64,000 nucleotides of DNA from Candidatus Phycocordibacter aenigmaticus (GTDB taxonomy: Bacteria; Patescibacteriota; Minisyncoccia; Phycocordibacterales; Phycocordibacteraceae), in the NCBI GenBank assembly GCA_045401115.1, contig CP174359.1:291247-355246 (forward strand). Direction: 5' to 3'. Under the pieces are notes generated by a model. It was not told where the DNA came from, did not search any database, and was given only the letters and a program-made list of their open reading frames with translations. Below, piece after piece: positions 48,543-58,357 of the stretch. Every line of letters begins with the position of its first letter. Within the stretch, counting starts at the first letter, position 1. Position numbers and translations under genes: made by a program.

Positions 48543-49064
48543 ATGAACAACATCACAGGAATTATTATTGGAATCATTGTTATTGGAGTGGTTGGTATTA
48601 CCTATGTGTCTCTGAACCAAAATACTAATGACACGGGAAATTCTCAGATAAACGAATCTTCATCTGAAACAGATACAGATATGAACGGGGAAGACGATCT
48701 TGCTACCCACGATGATATGACTGACATGGATGATATGGCTGATATGGATAAAGGGTCAGGAGTGTACGAAGAATATGCACCGGAAAAACTCGCATATGCT
48801 GAAATAGGCGATGTTGTTTTGTTTTTCCATGCGTCATGGTGCCCGTCGTGTCGTGGTCTAAATGCTGATATTGAGAAAAACCTAGACGCCATCCCGTCTG
48901 AGGTGAGTATCTTAAAACTTGATTATGACAAGGAATCAGAATTAAGAAAGAAATACTCCGTGACATACCAACATACACTTGTGCAGGTTGATGCAGACGG
49001 CACTCTGATTAAAAAATGGAGCGGTAGTCCCACGCTAAACGCGCTCGTGTCGGAGATTAATTAA
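48543..49064 (+). CDS. membrane-anchored thioredoxin-family protein (WCPSC)
   Basis: TM helix, an acidic linker, then a thioredoxin fold with active site WCPSCRG. Confidence 0.65.
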   Translation: MNNITGIIIGIIVIGVVGITYVSLNQNTNDTGNSQINESSSETDTDMNGEDDLATHDDMTDMDDMADMDKGSGVYEEYAPEKLAYAEIGDVVLFFHASWCPSCRGLNADIEKNLDAIPSEVSILKLDYDKESELRKKYSVTYQHTLVQVDADGTLIKKWSGSPTLNALVSEIN

Positions 49065-49066
49065 TT

Positions 49067-50872
49067 ATGATTTTTCTCGGCATTTCGATTTTGGCTGGGG
49101 TACTCACTGTTCTTGCGCCATGTATACTCCCGTTACTTCCTGTGGTGATTGGCGCGTCAGAAAGTGATAAGCGGTATATCTCAAAGCGTGCATTGGTGGT
49201 GATTGGTTCGCTTTCAGTATCGGTCATACTCTTTACGTTGCTTTTAAAAGCGACAACACTGTTTATTGATATACCGCAGGTATTTTGGAATTGGTTTTCA
49301 GGCGTCGTCATTATTGTTGTTGGGCTTGCCATAGTGTTCCCATCTTTCTGGGCACGAGTTCCGTATATTAATAAAATTAGTGTCGCAAGTAATAAAGCAG
49401 TGGGGGCTGGATATCAGAAAAAAAGTTATATCGGCGATATGTTGGTTGGCTTTGCGCTTGGTCCGGTTTTCACTACCTGTTCGCCAACATACCTCTTTAT
49501 TATCGCCACCGTACTACCGGCGGCGTTTGCACCGGGCATTCTCTACCTTCTCGGGTTTACATTTGGTCTCGCGCTCTCGCTGCTTCTTATTGCGTATTTC
49601 GGACAACGTATTATTACTGCAATAAGTAACCGTATGGGTACTGCCGGACGAGTAAAACAAATTTTGGGCGTACTTATTATTCTGGTTGGAGTTGCTATCC
49701 TGACTGGTTTTGATAAGAAACTTGAAACATTTATTCTTGACTCAGGATATGGCGCCACTATTCAATTAGAAAATAATCTCATCGAGCGCTTTGCGCCAGA
49801 CACATCTATGAACGATAACGTTAATCAGCAAAATCATAAAACAATTATTTTAGCAGGGGGATGTTTCTGGTGTACTGAGGCATATTTTCAAGAGCAACCG
49901 GGTGTTGTGGATGCGGTTTCAGGTTATGTTGGAGGAAGTGAAGAAAATGCGTCGTATGTAAAAGTTGCAGACGGAAAAACAAAACACCGCGAAGCAGTAC
50001 GCATCACATATGATCCTCAAATTATTTCCACTGAAGAGATACTTGATATCTATTGGTCGCATATTGACCCAACTGATACAGAAGGACAATTTGCCGATAA
50101 AGGGTTCCAGTATACATCCGCTATTTTTTATCAAGACGATGAACAAAAAGAGGTGGCGCTTGACTCAAAGACACGTTTAGAACAGAGCAATCTTTTTGAC
50201 AAACCAATCGCAACTGAAATTTTACCGGCTACTGATTTCTTTAAAGCGGAAGAGTACCATCAAGATTATTATAAGAAAGCAGCAAATCACTATGAGCGCT
50301 ATAAGAAAGCGTCAGGCAGGGAAGGGTTCGTAGAGGAAACGTGGGCGAAAGATGCCGCTATTCAGTTTCTTGAATCTCAACAAGAGAATACTACAAATTC
50401 AAGCAATGAATCTCAGAAAGAGAGTTATCGGTACACTGATGAAGAGATTGCAGAGAAACTAAAAAATCTCGATCCGTTGGCATACCATGTGGTTGCCGAA
50501 AATGGCACTGAATCACCCTTTAACAATGCGTATTGGGATAATAAAGCGGACGGTATTTATGTTGATGTGGTGACGGGAAAACCTCTTTTTTCAAGCACGC
50601 ATAAATATGACTCGGGAACCGGCTGGCCTAGTTTTTGGAGAACTATTGATGATGAGTCGGTAACGATGCATGAAGATAATTCACTCTCAACCACACGTAC
50701 GGAAATACGAAGTGATGCGGGCCATGTCGGGCATGTATTTGATGATGGTCCCCAAGAACAAGGAGGGAGGCGATTCTGCACCAATTCAGCATCGCTCCGG
50801 TTTGTTCCAAAAGAAGAGATGGCTAACGAAGGGTATGGTGACTACCTCTATTTGTTTGAGGAGTCCATATAA
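49067..50872 (+). CDS. msrAB: CcdA/DsbD-like membrane domain fused to methionine sulfoxide reductases MsrA and MsrB
   Basis: N-terminal 6-TM domain with Cys pairs. MsrA GGCFWC motif. MsrB RFCxNS and HxGHVF with CxxC zinc site. Confidence 0.8.
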   Translation: MIFLGISILAGVLTVLAPCILPLLPVVIGASESDKRYISKRALVVIGSLSVSVILFTLLLKATTLFIDIPQVFWNWFSGVVIIVVGLAIVFPSFWARVPYINKISVASNKAVGAGYQKKSYIGDMLVGFALGPVFTTCSPTYLFIIATVLPAAFAPGILYLLGFTFGLALSLLLIAYFGQRIITAISNRMGTAGRVKQILGVLIILVGVAILTGFDKKLETFILDSGYGATIQLENNLIERFAPDTSMNDNVNQQNHKTIILAGGCFWCTEAYFQEQPGVVDAVSGYVGGSEENASYVKVADGKTKHREAVRITYDPQIISTEEILDIYWSHIDPTDTEGQFADKGFQYTSAIFYQDDEQKEVALDSKTRLEQSNLFDKPIATEILPATDFFKAEEYHQDYYKKAANHYERYKKASGREGFVEETWAKDAAIQFLESQQENTTNSSNESQKESYRYTDEEIAEKLKNLDPLAYHVVAENGTESPFNNAYWDNKADGIYVDVVTGKPLFSSTHKYDSGTGWPSFWRTIDDESVTMHEDNSLSTTRTEIRSDAGHVGHVFDDGPQEQGGRRFCTNSASLRFVPKEEMANEGYGDYLYLFEESI

Positions 50873-50976
50873 CACAATTGAAAAGATATATAGACGCATC
50901 GGCCCATGGTCTGTATAACTATCTTTTTTAAAAGAGTCATTCTATAATTTATAGAGTTATATACTAAAAATGCTCT

Positions 50977-51396
50977 ATGGAAATTGAAATCAACTATCTC
51001 GCTATAGCCCTTGCTACGTTAGCTTCGCTTATTATCGGCGCTTTTTGGTACTCAAAAATTGCATTCGGTGAGCGCTGGATGAGCCTTGTTGGACTTACTG
51101 AAGAAAAAGCTAAACCAAAAATGGCTTCAGCAACCGCTGGTATGCTGGTGTTGTCATTAGTAATGGCGTACATGCTTTCTCACGTTACGTATATGTCAAT
51201 ACATACATTTGGTTACGGCGCACAACTCGCCGGCATTACCAGCGGGTTTATGATGTGGTTAGGCTTCGTTCTCCCAGTAGTACTTGGGACGGGGCTTTTT
51301 GAGCAACGGTCGAAATATCTCCTCCTTATTAATTTAGGAAATTGGCTCGTCACACTTGTAGTGATGGGAACAATTATCGGCTTCTTTGGTTTTTAA
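50977..51396 (+). CDS. hypothetical membrane protein (4 TM)
   Basis: ORF only. Confidence 0.3.
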   Translation: MEIEINYLAIALATLASLIIGAFWYSKIAFGERWMSLVGLTEEKAKPKMASATAGMLVLSLVMAYMLSHVTYMSIHTFGYGAQLAGITSGFMMWLGFVLPVVLGTGLFEQRSKYLLLINLGNWLVTLVVMGTIIGFFGF

Positions 51397-51426
51397 TATC
51401 TATAAAAATTAAACATAAAATCTAGT

Positions 51427-52167
51427 ATGAAAAACAAATTGATAATCATTGTCGTTCTGCTTGCGGTACTTGCGTTGATGCTTATCTTCTTTACGCCGTA
51501 CGTTAAAGAAGATACTCCTACAGATGGTGGCGCAGTGTTCTGTACTATGGACGCTCTGGTCTGTCCGAACGGAGACGGGGTTGGTCGTTCCGGTCCGGAG
51601 TGTACATTTGAATCGTGCGCCGGCTCTACGTTTACCGGTGTATTCCAGCAGGTTGGTGAAGGGTATCAATTAGTGGTCGCTACGCCCGAAGAGATTGTCG
51701 GTGGGGTAACGTATACAATACCTCTTGAACTCACTGACTCTATTTCTGTTGAAGCATTGCTTGGTGAGCAGGTACACGCAAATGGTTCGTTCCTTGAAGG
51801 CAACCTGTTTCGTGTAGAGAGTATGGAAAAGGTAAACCCTCAGTACGACGCGCCGGTGGCACAGATTGGCGTGGGCGAGTCGGCGCTTGTCGGGTATGTG
51901 CGCGTAACACTTAACAGCGTTGTACAGGACAGTCGCTGTCCGGTGGATGTGCAGTGTATCCAAGCCGGAAACATTGTGGTAAATGTCACACTTGAAAGCG
52001 ATACTGATACACTCACCACTACTATCGCGTCTGACGCGGCACCGATCACTTTTGACGCATTCCGCATTTCTATCGCTGATGTCGCTCCGGAGTCGCACTC
52101 AACCAAAGAGATAGAGGAGAGTCAGTACCGTATTGTATTTAAAGTAGAGTCTATTGATACCAATTAG
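51427..52167 (+). CDS. hypothetical secreted protein (Cys-rich N-terminal region)
   Basis: Signal/TM, then CTMDALVCPNGDG...CTFESC. Confidence 0.3.
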   Translation: MKNKLIIIVVLLAVLALMLIFFTPYVKEDTPTDGGAVFCTMDALVCPNGDGVGRSGPECTFESCAGSTFTGVFQQVGEGYQLVVATPEEIVGGVTYTIPLELTDSISVEALLGEQVHANGSFLEGNLFRVESMEKVNPQYDAPVAQIGVGESALVGYVRVTLNSVVQDSRCPVDVQCIQAGNIVVNVTLESDTDTLTTTIASDAAPITFDAFRISIADVAPESHSTKEIEESQYRIVFKVESIDTN

Positions 52168-52194
52168 ATTTCTATAGCCTGGATCGTATACATT

Positions 52195-52220
52195 AAACGG
52201 CTCAATGCATTGAGCCGTTT
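52195..52220 (+). terminator. terminator hairpin AAACGGCTCA-N6-TGAGCCGTTT (family copy 3)
   Basis: Read from the sequence. Confidence 0.6.
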
Positions 52221-52251
52221 AATGTATAGATGTGTGGCGTATAATAAAAGT

Positions 52252-53016
52252 ATGAATAGTCCGTTAAAAAATAAACCACTTCATTTACCGGGGCAATCTC
52301 TTGATGAAGAGTTGAATAATCTCATTGATGAAAAGATTATGACTTTTATCACGATTATCATGGTAGCCATTGCTTTTATTATTTACGAGTGGGTGAGATT
52401 TTATTGGAGTATTGATCCTCGTCCAGTCACTGTCACTGTGGCTTGTAGTGTGGCTATTTTTTTTAGTTTGTATAGGATAAAAAAAGATTTAAAAAAAGTA
52501 CACAATCTAAAACAGGGGAGAGAGGGTGAACGAATAGTTGGACAAATGCTTGAGGAACTACGGTCAAGTAAATGCTCAATTTTTCACGATATCCCAGCAC
52601 AAGGTTTTAATATCGACCACGTAATAGTTTCATCACATGGAATATTTACAATTGAAACAAAAACGTGGAGTAAACGAAGCGGTAAAGAGGTGGTGAGGTT
52701 TAATGGAGACCATCTTTTTGTTAACAGTAAAAAACCAACTAAAGATGTTGTAACTCAGAGCTTAGCGGGAGCTGATTGGATGAGGAGTGTACTTAAAGAG
52801 AGCACAGGAAAAGATTTTCCTGTATGGCCAGTTCTTGTATTCCCAGGTTGGTTTATCGAGCCAGAGAGCACTAAGCAAGCTGAGAAGAAAGGATTTTGGT
52901 TACTTAATCCCAAAGCTTTGTCGTCATATATAAATAATCAACCTGAACTTATTAACAATGAAGACCTAAATTTAGTCCGTTTCCATTTGTCTAGATATAT
53001 ACAGACCACTCCATAA
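52252..53016 (+). CDS. NERD (nuclease-related domain) protein with N-terminal TM helices
   Basis: GREGERIVGQML...DHVIVSSHGIFTIETKTW pattern of the NERD domain. The start is set after the terminator hairpin. Confidence 0.55.
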   Translation: MNSPLKNKPLHLPGQSLDEELNNLIDEKIMTFITIIMVAIAFIIYEWVRFYWSIDPRPVTVTVACSVAIFFSLYRIKKDLKKVHNLKQGREGERIVGQMLEELRSSKCSIFHDIPAQGFNIDHVIVSSHGIFTIETKTWSKRSGKEVVRFNGDHLFVNSKKPTKDVVTQSLAGADWMRSVLKESTGKDFPVWPVLVFPGWFIEPESTKQAEKKGFWLLNPKALSSYINNQPELINNEDLNLVRFHLSRYIQTTP

Positions 53017-53186
53017 CAAATTCTTTTTAACTCAAGCGAAAGTGAATTAAATAAAATTATCCTCACCCACACTGCTGAGAATAATCATTTCAAAGCCGGT
53101 CTTTCAGACTTAAAGAAGAAATATCCAGTCACTTAGTAAATATTAAACAGCTTTCACAAAGTACTCTTTGGTAGTAGTGTGGGGGC

Positions 53187-54434
53187 GTGAAAGGAGTAAA
53201 ACAGACATATGACGTTATTGTGATTGGCGGCGGTGCTGCTGGGATGATGGCTGCAGCCATCGCTGGCGCGCGAGGAAAGCGGGTGCTGCTTTTGGAAAAA
53301 AACAAAAAGCTGGGCGAAAAGCTTCGTATCACCGGCGGCGGACGATGCAATATTTTAAATACTGAAGCAGATACGCGAAAGCTTCTCTCTCACTTTGGGG
53401 ATGCGGCGAAGTTTCTTTTCTCACCATTCTCTCAATTTGGTGTAAAAGAAACACGAGCATTCTTTGAGTCACACGGGCTTGAAATAAAAGAAGAAGCAAA
53501 CAACCGGGCATTCCCCGTATCAGAGAACGCGGAGGACGTGTGTATATTTTTTGAGCGACTACTCCACGAATACAAAGTAGATGTGCGGACCAACATGCCG
53601 ATTACTGAGATGGTGAAGCGAGGTGAGAAGATAGAATATATCATTGCTGGCAATGAAACATTTAAAGCAGAAGCATATATCCTTGCGACAGGGGGAGTCT
53701 CGCACCCTGAGACCGGCTCAAACGGAGACGGCTTTACGTGGCTTGCTCAATTGGGACACGAAGTACTTCCACCAAAACCAACTATTGTGCCGTTGCGGGT
53801 AGAGGAGACATGGATACGAGATCTCTCCGGCACCACACTCCCTGATACCAAGATAACGTTTGCACTGCAAAATGAACGTAAGTTTTCGGTACGGGGGAAT
53901 ATATTAGTGACACACTTTGGGCTTTCCGGGCCGATTATTTTAAATAATGCGGCCAAGGTGGATGACTTACTGCACGAGGGTGTCGTATCCGCCTATATCG
54001 ACCTTTTCCCAGATCTTGATGACGGTGCCTTCGATGCACTACTTCGGCAAACATTTGATACACACAAAAACAAGGCTATACGTAATGCATGTAAAGAAAT
54101 TCTCCCGCCGGGTACCGGCAATATACTTGCGAGTCGGTTTCCAGGCATTGATCCTGAAACTCCTGTGCATTCAGTTACCAAGGAGCAACGAAAGAACTTG
54201 GTGGTGTTTCTTAAAAATATCCCTCTTACCATCTCTGGGCTCATGGGAATGGAGCGCGCGGTGGTGGCCGACGGTGGTGTTTCTCTTTCCGAAATTGATA
54301 CAAAGACCATGCGTTCACTCGTCTGCAGGAATTTGTTTGTCGTAGGAGACCTACTTAACATTACCCGTCCATCCGGAGGGTATTCACTTCAATTATGTTG
54401 GACGACGGGCTATGTCGCCGGGTCGAGTGTGTAA
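53187..54434 (+). CDS. HI0933-family NAD(P)/FAD-dependent flavoprotein (BaiN/aminoacetone oxidase family)
   Basis: YDVIVIGGGAAGMMAA...LLLEKNKKLGEKLRITGGGRCN and a C-terminal GGxxxxE. Confidence 0.8.
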   Translation: MKGVKQTYDVIVIGGGAAGMMAAAIAGARGKRVLLLEKNKKLGEKLRITGGGRCNILNTEADTRKLLSHFGDAAKFLFSPFSQFGVKETRAFFESHGLEIKEEANNRAFPVSENAEDVCIFFERLLHEYKVDVRTNMPITEMVKRGEKIEYIIAGNETFKAEAYILATGGVSHPETGSNGDGFTWLAQLGHEVLPPKPTIVPLRVEETWIRDLSGTTLPDTKITFALQNERKFSVRGNILVTHFGLSGPIILNNAAKVDDLLHEGVVSAYIDLFPDLDDGAFDALLRQTFDTHKNKAIRNACKEILPPGTGNILASRFPGIDPETPVHSVTKEQRKNLVVFLKNIPLTISGLMGMERAVVADGGVSLSEIDTKTMRSLVCRNLFVVGDLLNITRPSGGYSLQLCWTTGYVAGSSV

Positions 54435-54543
54435 ATGGGTTCCATCAAGTTTTTTGTCGCTGGTAAACGAAAGAATGAATTTTTACTCTGGCAGGAGAAC
54501 GCTCATTGATAGGAACGCCTAGGTAGTGTAGGCTTCAGTACTT

Positions 54544-56025
54544 ATGGCAAAAAACGCGGGGATACTCTCGTTCAACAATGTTTCATACGAGCACAGCGCA
54601 AATAAACCGATACTTATCGATGCCTCTTTTTCGTTGCGCACAGGAGCAAAGTTTACTTTGATGGGACAGAATGGCGCCGGGAAAACCACACTCTTCGGTC
54701 TTATTGCCGGCGAGCATCAACCTGAAGAAGGAAAAATAAATATCACACCACGCACAAGTATTGCGGTATCTCGACAAGTAATTCCTCGAAACGAACTTAA
54801 CCATACGGTGCGAGAATTCTTTCAGAAGTGTTTTGATGAGAAAGTGTACGATATCGACCCGCGCATTGATGCAGTGCTTGAAGTGGTGAACCTTTCTCCA
54901 AAAAGCACAGCGGTGGCTGAAACATTTAAAGAAAGAACTATTGGGAGCTTCTCTGGAGGGCAGCAGGCGCGACTTTTACTTGCTTCAGCGCTTATTCAAA
55001 ACCCCGATATACTCCTCCTTGATGAACCGACAAACAATCTAGATACGGAGGGTATTGAACACCTTACCGATTTTCTTAAATCGTACAAAAAGACGGTTAT
55101 CGTTATTTCCCATGACGCAGAATTCCTCAACGCATTTACGGAAGGGGTGTTGTATTTAAATACACAAACGCGGAATATCGAACAGTACACCGGTGACTAT
55201 AACGATGTAGTGGAAGAAATCGCTGTTCGCGTAGAGAAAGAGAAGCGAAAGAACGCACAACTTGCCAAAGAGATACAGGCAAACAAAGATAAAGCAAACT
55301 TCTTTGCTCATAAAGGAGGCAACATGCGTATGGTGGCAAAGCGGATGCGCGACAAAGTGGAAGAGGCAGAAGAAAATAAAGTAGACGTACGCAAAGAAGA
55401 CAAAACGATCCGGAATTTTACGATAGAACCACAGAAGGATATTCCTCTTGAGATAATGAAGCTTACATCCTACACCGTGGTGCGCGACCATAAACCCACT
55501 AATGTATCTTGTGAAGTTGAATTAAAACGGGGGAGCCATCTTCAGATTGTCGGCCCAAACGGCATTGGCAAAACCACACTTCTTGAGTCACTTGCGTCAG
55601 GACATGCCGAAGGAGAACAGGTGGCAGAGGGAGTAAAGATTGGTTACTATCGTCAGGATTTTTCGAACCTAGATTTTGATCAAACGGTATTCGACTGCCT
55701 TATGGATGCTATGGGAAAGAAAGTGCAAGAAGAGATGCGGTCAATCGCTGCGGGCTTTCTACTGGACGGAGAAATTATGAAAACAAAAATCGGCGTACTT
55801 TCAGAAGGACAGAAAGGGTTAGTGGCTTTCGCTCGTTTGAAAATTATGGAACCGGGACTACTTATTCTAGATGAGCCGACGAATCATATTAACTTCCGAC
55901 ATATCCCCGTCATTGCCGCAGCGCTTGATCAATACAAAGGAGCGATGATTCTCGTGTCACATGTTCCGGAGTTTGTTTCTCAAATTCGTATTGATGACAT
56001 TCTTGATCTCAATAAGAAGAAATAG
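54544..56025 (+). CDS. ABC-F family ATPase (tandem ABC domains; EttA-like translation factor type)
   Basis: Two Walker A sites (GQNGAGKTT, GPNGIGKTT), two signature motifs and an inter-domain linker. Confidence 0.8.
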   Translation: MAKNAGILSFNNVSYEHSANKPILIDASFSLRTGAKFTLMGQNGAGKTTLFGLIAGEHQPEEGKINITPRTSIAVSRQVIPRNELNHTVREFFQKCFDEKVYDIDPRIDAVLEVVNLSPKSTAVAETFKERTIGSFSGGQQARLLLASALIQNPDILLLDEPTNNLDTEGIEHLTDFLKSYKKTVIVISHDAEFLNAFTEGVLYLNTQTRNIEQYTGDYNDVVEEIAVRVEKEKRKNAQLAKEIQANKDKANFFAHKGGNMRMVAKRMRDKVEEAEENKVDVRKEDKTIRNFTIEPQKDIPLEIMKLTSYTVVRDHKPTNVSCEVELKRGSHLQIVGPNGIGKTTLLESLASGHAEGEQVAEGVKIGYYRQDFSNLDFDQTVFDCLMDAMGKKVQEEMRSIAAGFLLDGEIMKTKIGVLSEGQKGLVAFARLKIMEPGLLILDEPTNHINFRHIPVIAAALDQYKGAMILVSHVPEFVSQIRIDDILDLNKKK

Positions 56026-56052
56026 CATAAAACTCAGGTAGAATGTTTTGTA

Positions 56053-56298
56053 ATGAGCACCTACGCCGTATATATAGTGTCGTGTAAAGACAATACACTC
56101 TATACCGGATATACAAATAATCTCGAACAGCGAATTAAAGCGCATAACGAAGGCGTGGGTGCAAAATACACACGCGGTAGAGCTCCGGTGACACTCGTGT
56201 ATAGTGAGACTTTTACAAAAAAAGGCGATGCCATGCGTAGAGAAATAGAAATTAAAAATCTCTCTCGACAAGAAAAACTTTTACTTATGCGTCCTTAG
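56053..56298 (+). CDS. GIY-YIG nuclease family protein (second small copy)
   Basis: YAVYIV...LYTGYT, Arg and Glu motifs. 81 aa. Confidence 0.7.
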   Translation: MSTYAVYIVSCKDNTLYTGYTNNLEQRIKAHNEGVGAKYTRGRAPVTLVYSETFTKKGDAMRREIEIKNLSRQEKLLLMRP

Positions 56299-56326
56299 TT
56301 TTTTCTTGGTACGATAGAATAAAATT

Positions 56327-57106
56327 ATGAAAATAATATCTCTTAATACATGGGGCGGTCGCGCGGGGAAAGAAAAACTGCTTGGATTTTTTAGGAAACA
56401 TGCCGATAAAGTCGATGTATTTTGTTTGCAGGAAATTTGGTCAGCACCATACGAAGACTTAGATGGACAGAATGCCGGAAGTTTAAAAATTGACCATGAA
56501 AAGATTATGGTACACGGACTGCAAGAAATAGCAGCAGTATTGCCTCAGTATGATGTGTATTTTCATCCGCACCATCAAGATAATTATGGACTCATGATGG
56601 CGGTGAAGAAGAGTTTAGATGTATTTGATGTGGGTGATATATTTGTCCATAAACATAGAGGCTATATACCAGAAGGTAATATAGGTGAACATGCGCGCAA
56701 TATTCAATACGTATCTTTCAATAGTGACCATGGACCACTCACAGTTATTAATTTTCATGGCTTATGGACGAGTAATCCGCAAGGGACAGGGAAGCAGGAT
56801 ATTCCCGACCGGCTTGAACAGTCTGATAATATAGTGAAATTTATACGCACTATCGAACACCCGATCGTTTTTTGTGGTGATTTTAATTTATTACCAACCA
56901 CTGAGAGTATAAAGAAATTTGAAGACGCGGGCCTGAAGAATCTTATTAAAGAGTATGGTATAACCTCAACACGAACGAGTTACTACCCAAGATCAGAACA
57001 ATATGCTGATTATGCATTTGTTTCTCCTGAACTTGAGGTAAACGATTTCAACGTATTACCGGACGAAGTATCAGATCACGCACCACTCCTTATTGATATT
57101 GCTTAA
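56327..57106 (+). CDS. endonuclease/exonuclease/phosphatase (EEP) family protein
   Basis: LNTWGG, FCLQE, and a C-terminal SDHAPL catalytic His. Confidence 0.75.
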   Translation: MKIISLNTWGGRAGKEKLLGFFRKHADKVDVFCLQEIWSAPYEDLDGQNAGSLKIDHEKIMVHGLQEIAAVLPQYDVYFHPHHQDNYGLMMAVKKSLDVFDVGDIFVHKHRGYIPEGNIGEHARNIQYVSFNSDHGPLTVINFHGLWTSNPQGTGKQDIPDRLEQSDNIVKFIRTIEHPIVFCGDFNLLPTTESIKKFEDAGLKNLIKEYGITSTRTSYYPRSEQYADYAFVSPELEVNDFNVLPDEVSDHAPLLIDIA

Positions 57107-57135
57107 ATAAGTCACTCAGTTATTTTTATAGCTTT

Positions 57136-57939
57136 TTAATGTTCGTTATGGATTTCTTCTTCGTAATGGTCATCGTCGTGTTCATGTGAGTGGGCAGGTG
57201 CGGTGAGTGTAAGTACTAAGAACATAATCAGCACACCAGCAGCTATAGCAAGCATATGGTTTGGTCCGCAACCTTTTTTAGCTGCCCATTTAATTGAGTG
57301 GGGAATGAGGTCTTGTGTGAGAAGAGCAAATAATGCACCAGTTGCAAGACCAAGTGCCGGTATTTCAAATGCACTGAAACTCTCTAAGAAAAAGTATCCT
57401 CCAATAGAACCAATAAGTAGGGTGGAGGAAGTAAGAAAGTTAATTTGAAGTGCGCCGCGAGTAGTATAACCAGATTTTTTCAGTACAAAAAATTCTGCAA
57501 TTTCTTGTATGACTTCATGAAATAAAATACTTACTGCGGTAATGAATCCAAGGAATGGACTTGTGGTAAAAGCAATAGCAAGGAGGATGCCGTCACCAAT
57601 ATTATGGAATGAGTCACCAATAATTAATCGTTGCGCTGCGTGTGTATCACCCTTTACGCTTGCGTGATGGCTGTGTCCTTCCGGAAACATTTTCACTAAT
57701 ATAAACGCAAGAATAAAGCCGCCAATGATCCATAAAGCGCCCTGGAGAAGTGTTGACGCTTCCATAAGCACCTCCTCGGTCAGTTTAAGGAATAGTATTA
57801 AAAATACACCCGCTGCAAAGCTTACAAAGTAATTAAGGTTTCTTTCTAAAAAAGCGCCCGCCTGTGTCCATACAGTGATAATCCCTATAAGTGAGACGGC
57901 CATTATAGAGAGTGACGCAAATAAAATTTGAAGTATCAT
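57136..57939 (-). CDS. ZIP family zinc/metal transporter (ZupT-like) with His-rich C-terminus
   Basis: HNIGDGILLA and HEVIQEIAEF motifs, 8 TM, and a C-terminal HSHEHDDDHYEEEIHNEH. Confidence 0.8.
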   Translation of the reverse strand: MILQILFASLSIMAVSLIGIITVWTQAGAFLERNLNYFVSFAAGVFLILFLKLTEEVLMEASTLLQGALWIIGGFILAFILVKMFPEGHSHHASVKGDTHAAQRLIIGDSFHNIGDGILLAIAFTTSPFLGFITAVSILFHEVIQEIAEFFVLKKSGYTTRGALQINFLTSSTLLIGSIGGYFFLESFSAFEIPALGLATGALFALLTQDLIPHSIKWAAKKGCGPNHMLAIAAGVLIMFLVLTLTAPAHSHEHDDDHYEEEIHNEH

Positions 57940-57988
57940 GGAATATAAAGGGATTAGCTTGCGGAATACATATACGGTATACTATAAA

Positions 57989-58003
57989 TGCAAATGATTT
58001 GCA
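57989..58003. promoter_or_regulatory. candidate Zur/Fur box TGCAAAT-G-ATTTGCA in the divergent zupT/fur intergenic region
   Basis: 7-1-7 perfect palindrome immediately upstream of the Fur-family gene start. Confidence 0.5.
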
Positions 58004-58006
58004 AAT

Positions 58007-58354
58007 ATGCGATTAACACAAAAACGAAAACAAGTACTTAAGGCGCTCACACAAAAAGGCGGTATGTTTACTGCGCAGGAGATTAGCGCGCGTATCCCTG
58101 ACATTGATCTTACAACGGTGTATAGGAGTTTAGAGTTGTTTCAACAAGAAGGGATTGTGCGAGAAGTTATTCTTCCTTCAAAAGAATCTGCATATGAATA
58201 CATATCGGACAAACATCATCACGTGGTGTGTAACACATGTGATCAAGTGCAGCACATTAAATTAAAAGAAGAGGAGTTGCAACGCATTCCGGCGCTTAAA
58301 CACCTTGATCCAAACTCCATAGAAATTACCGTTCGAGGTAACTGTAAGACATAG
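58007..58354 (+). CDS. Fur family transcriptional regulator (likely Zur, from context)
   Basis: DNA-binding helix TVYRSLELF. C-terminal HHHVVCNTCDQV metal site. Confidence 0.8.
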   Translation: MRLTQKRKQVLKALTQKGGMFTAQEISARIPDIDLTTVYRSLELFQQEGIVREVILPSKESAYEYISDKHHHVVCNTCDQVQHIKLKEEELQRIPALKHLDPNSIEITVRGNCKT

Positions 58355-58357
58355 TGT

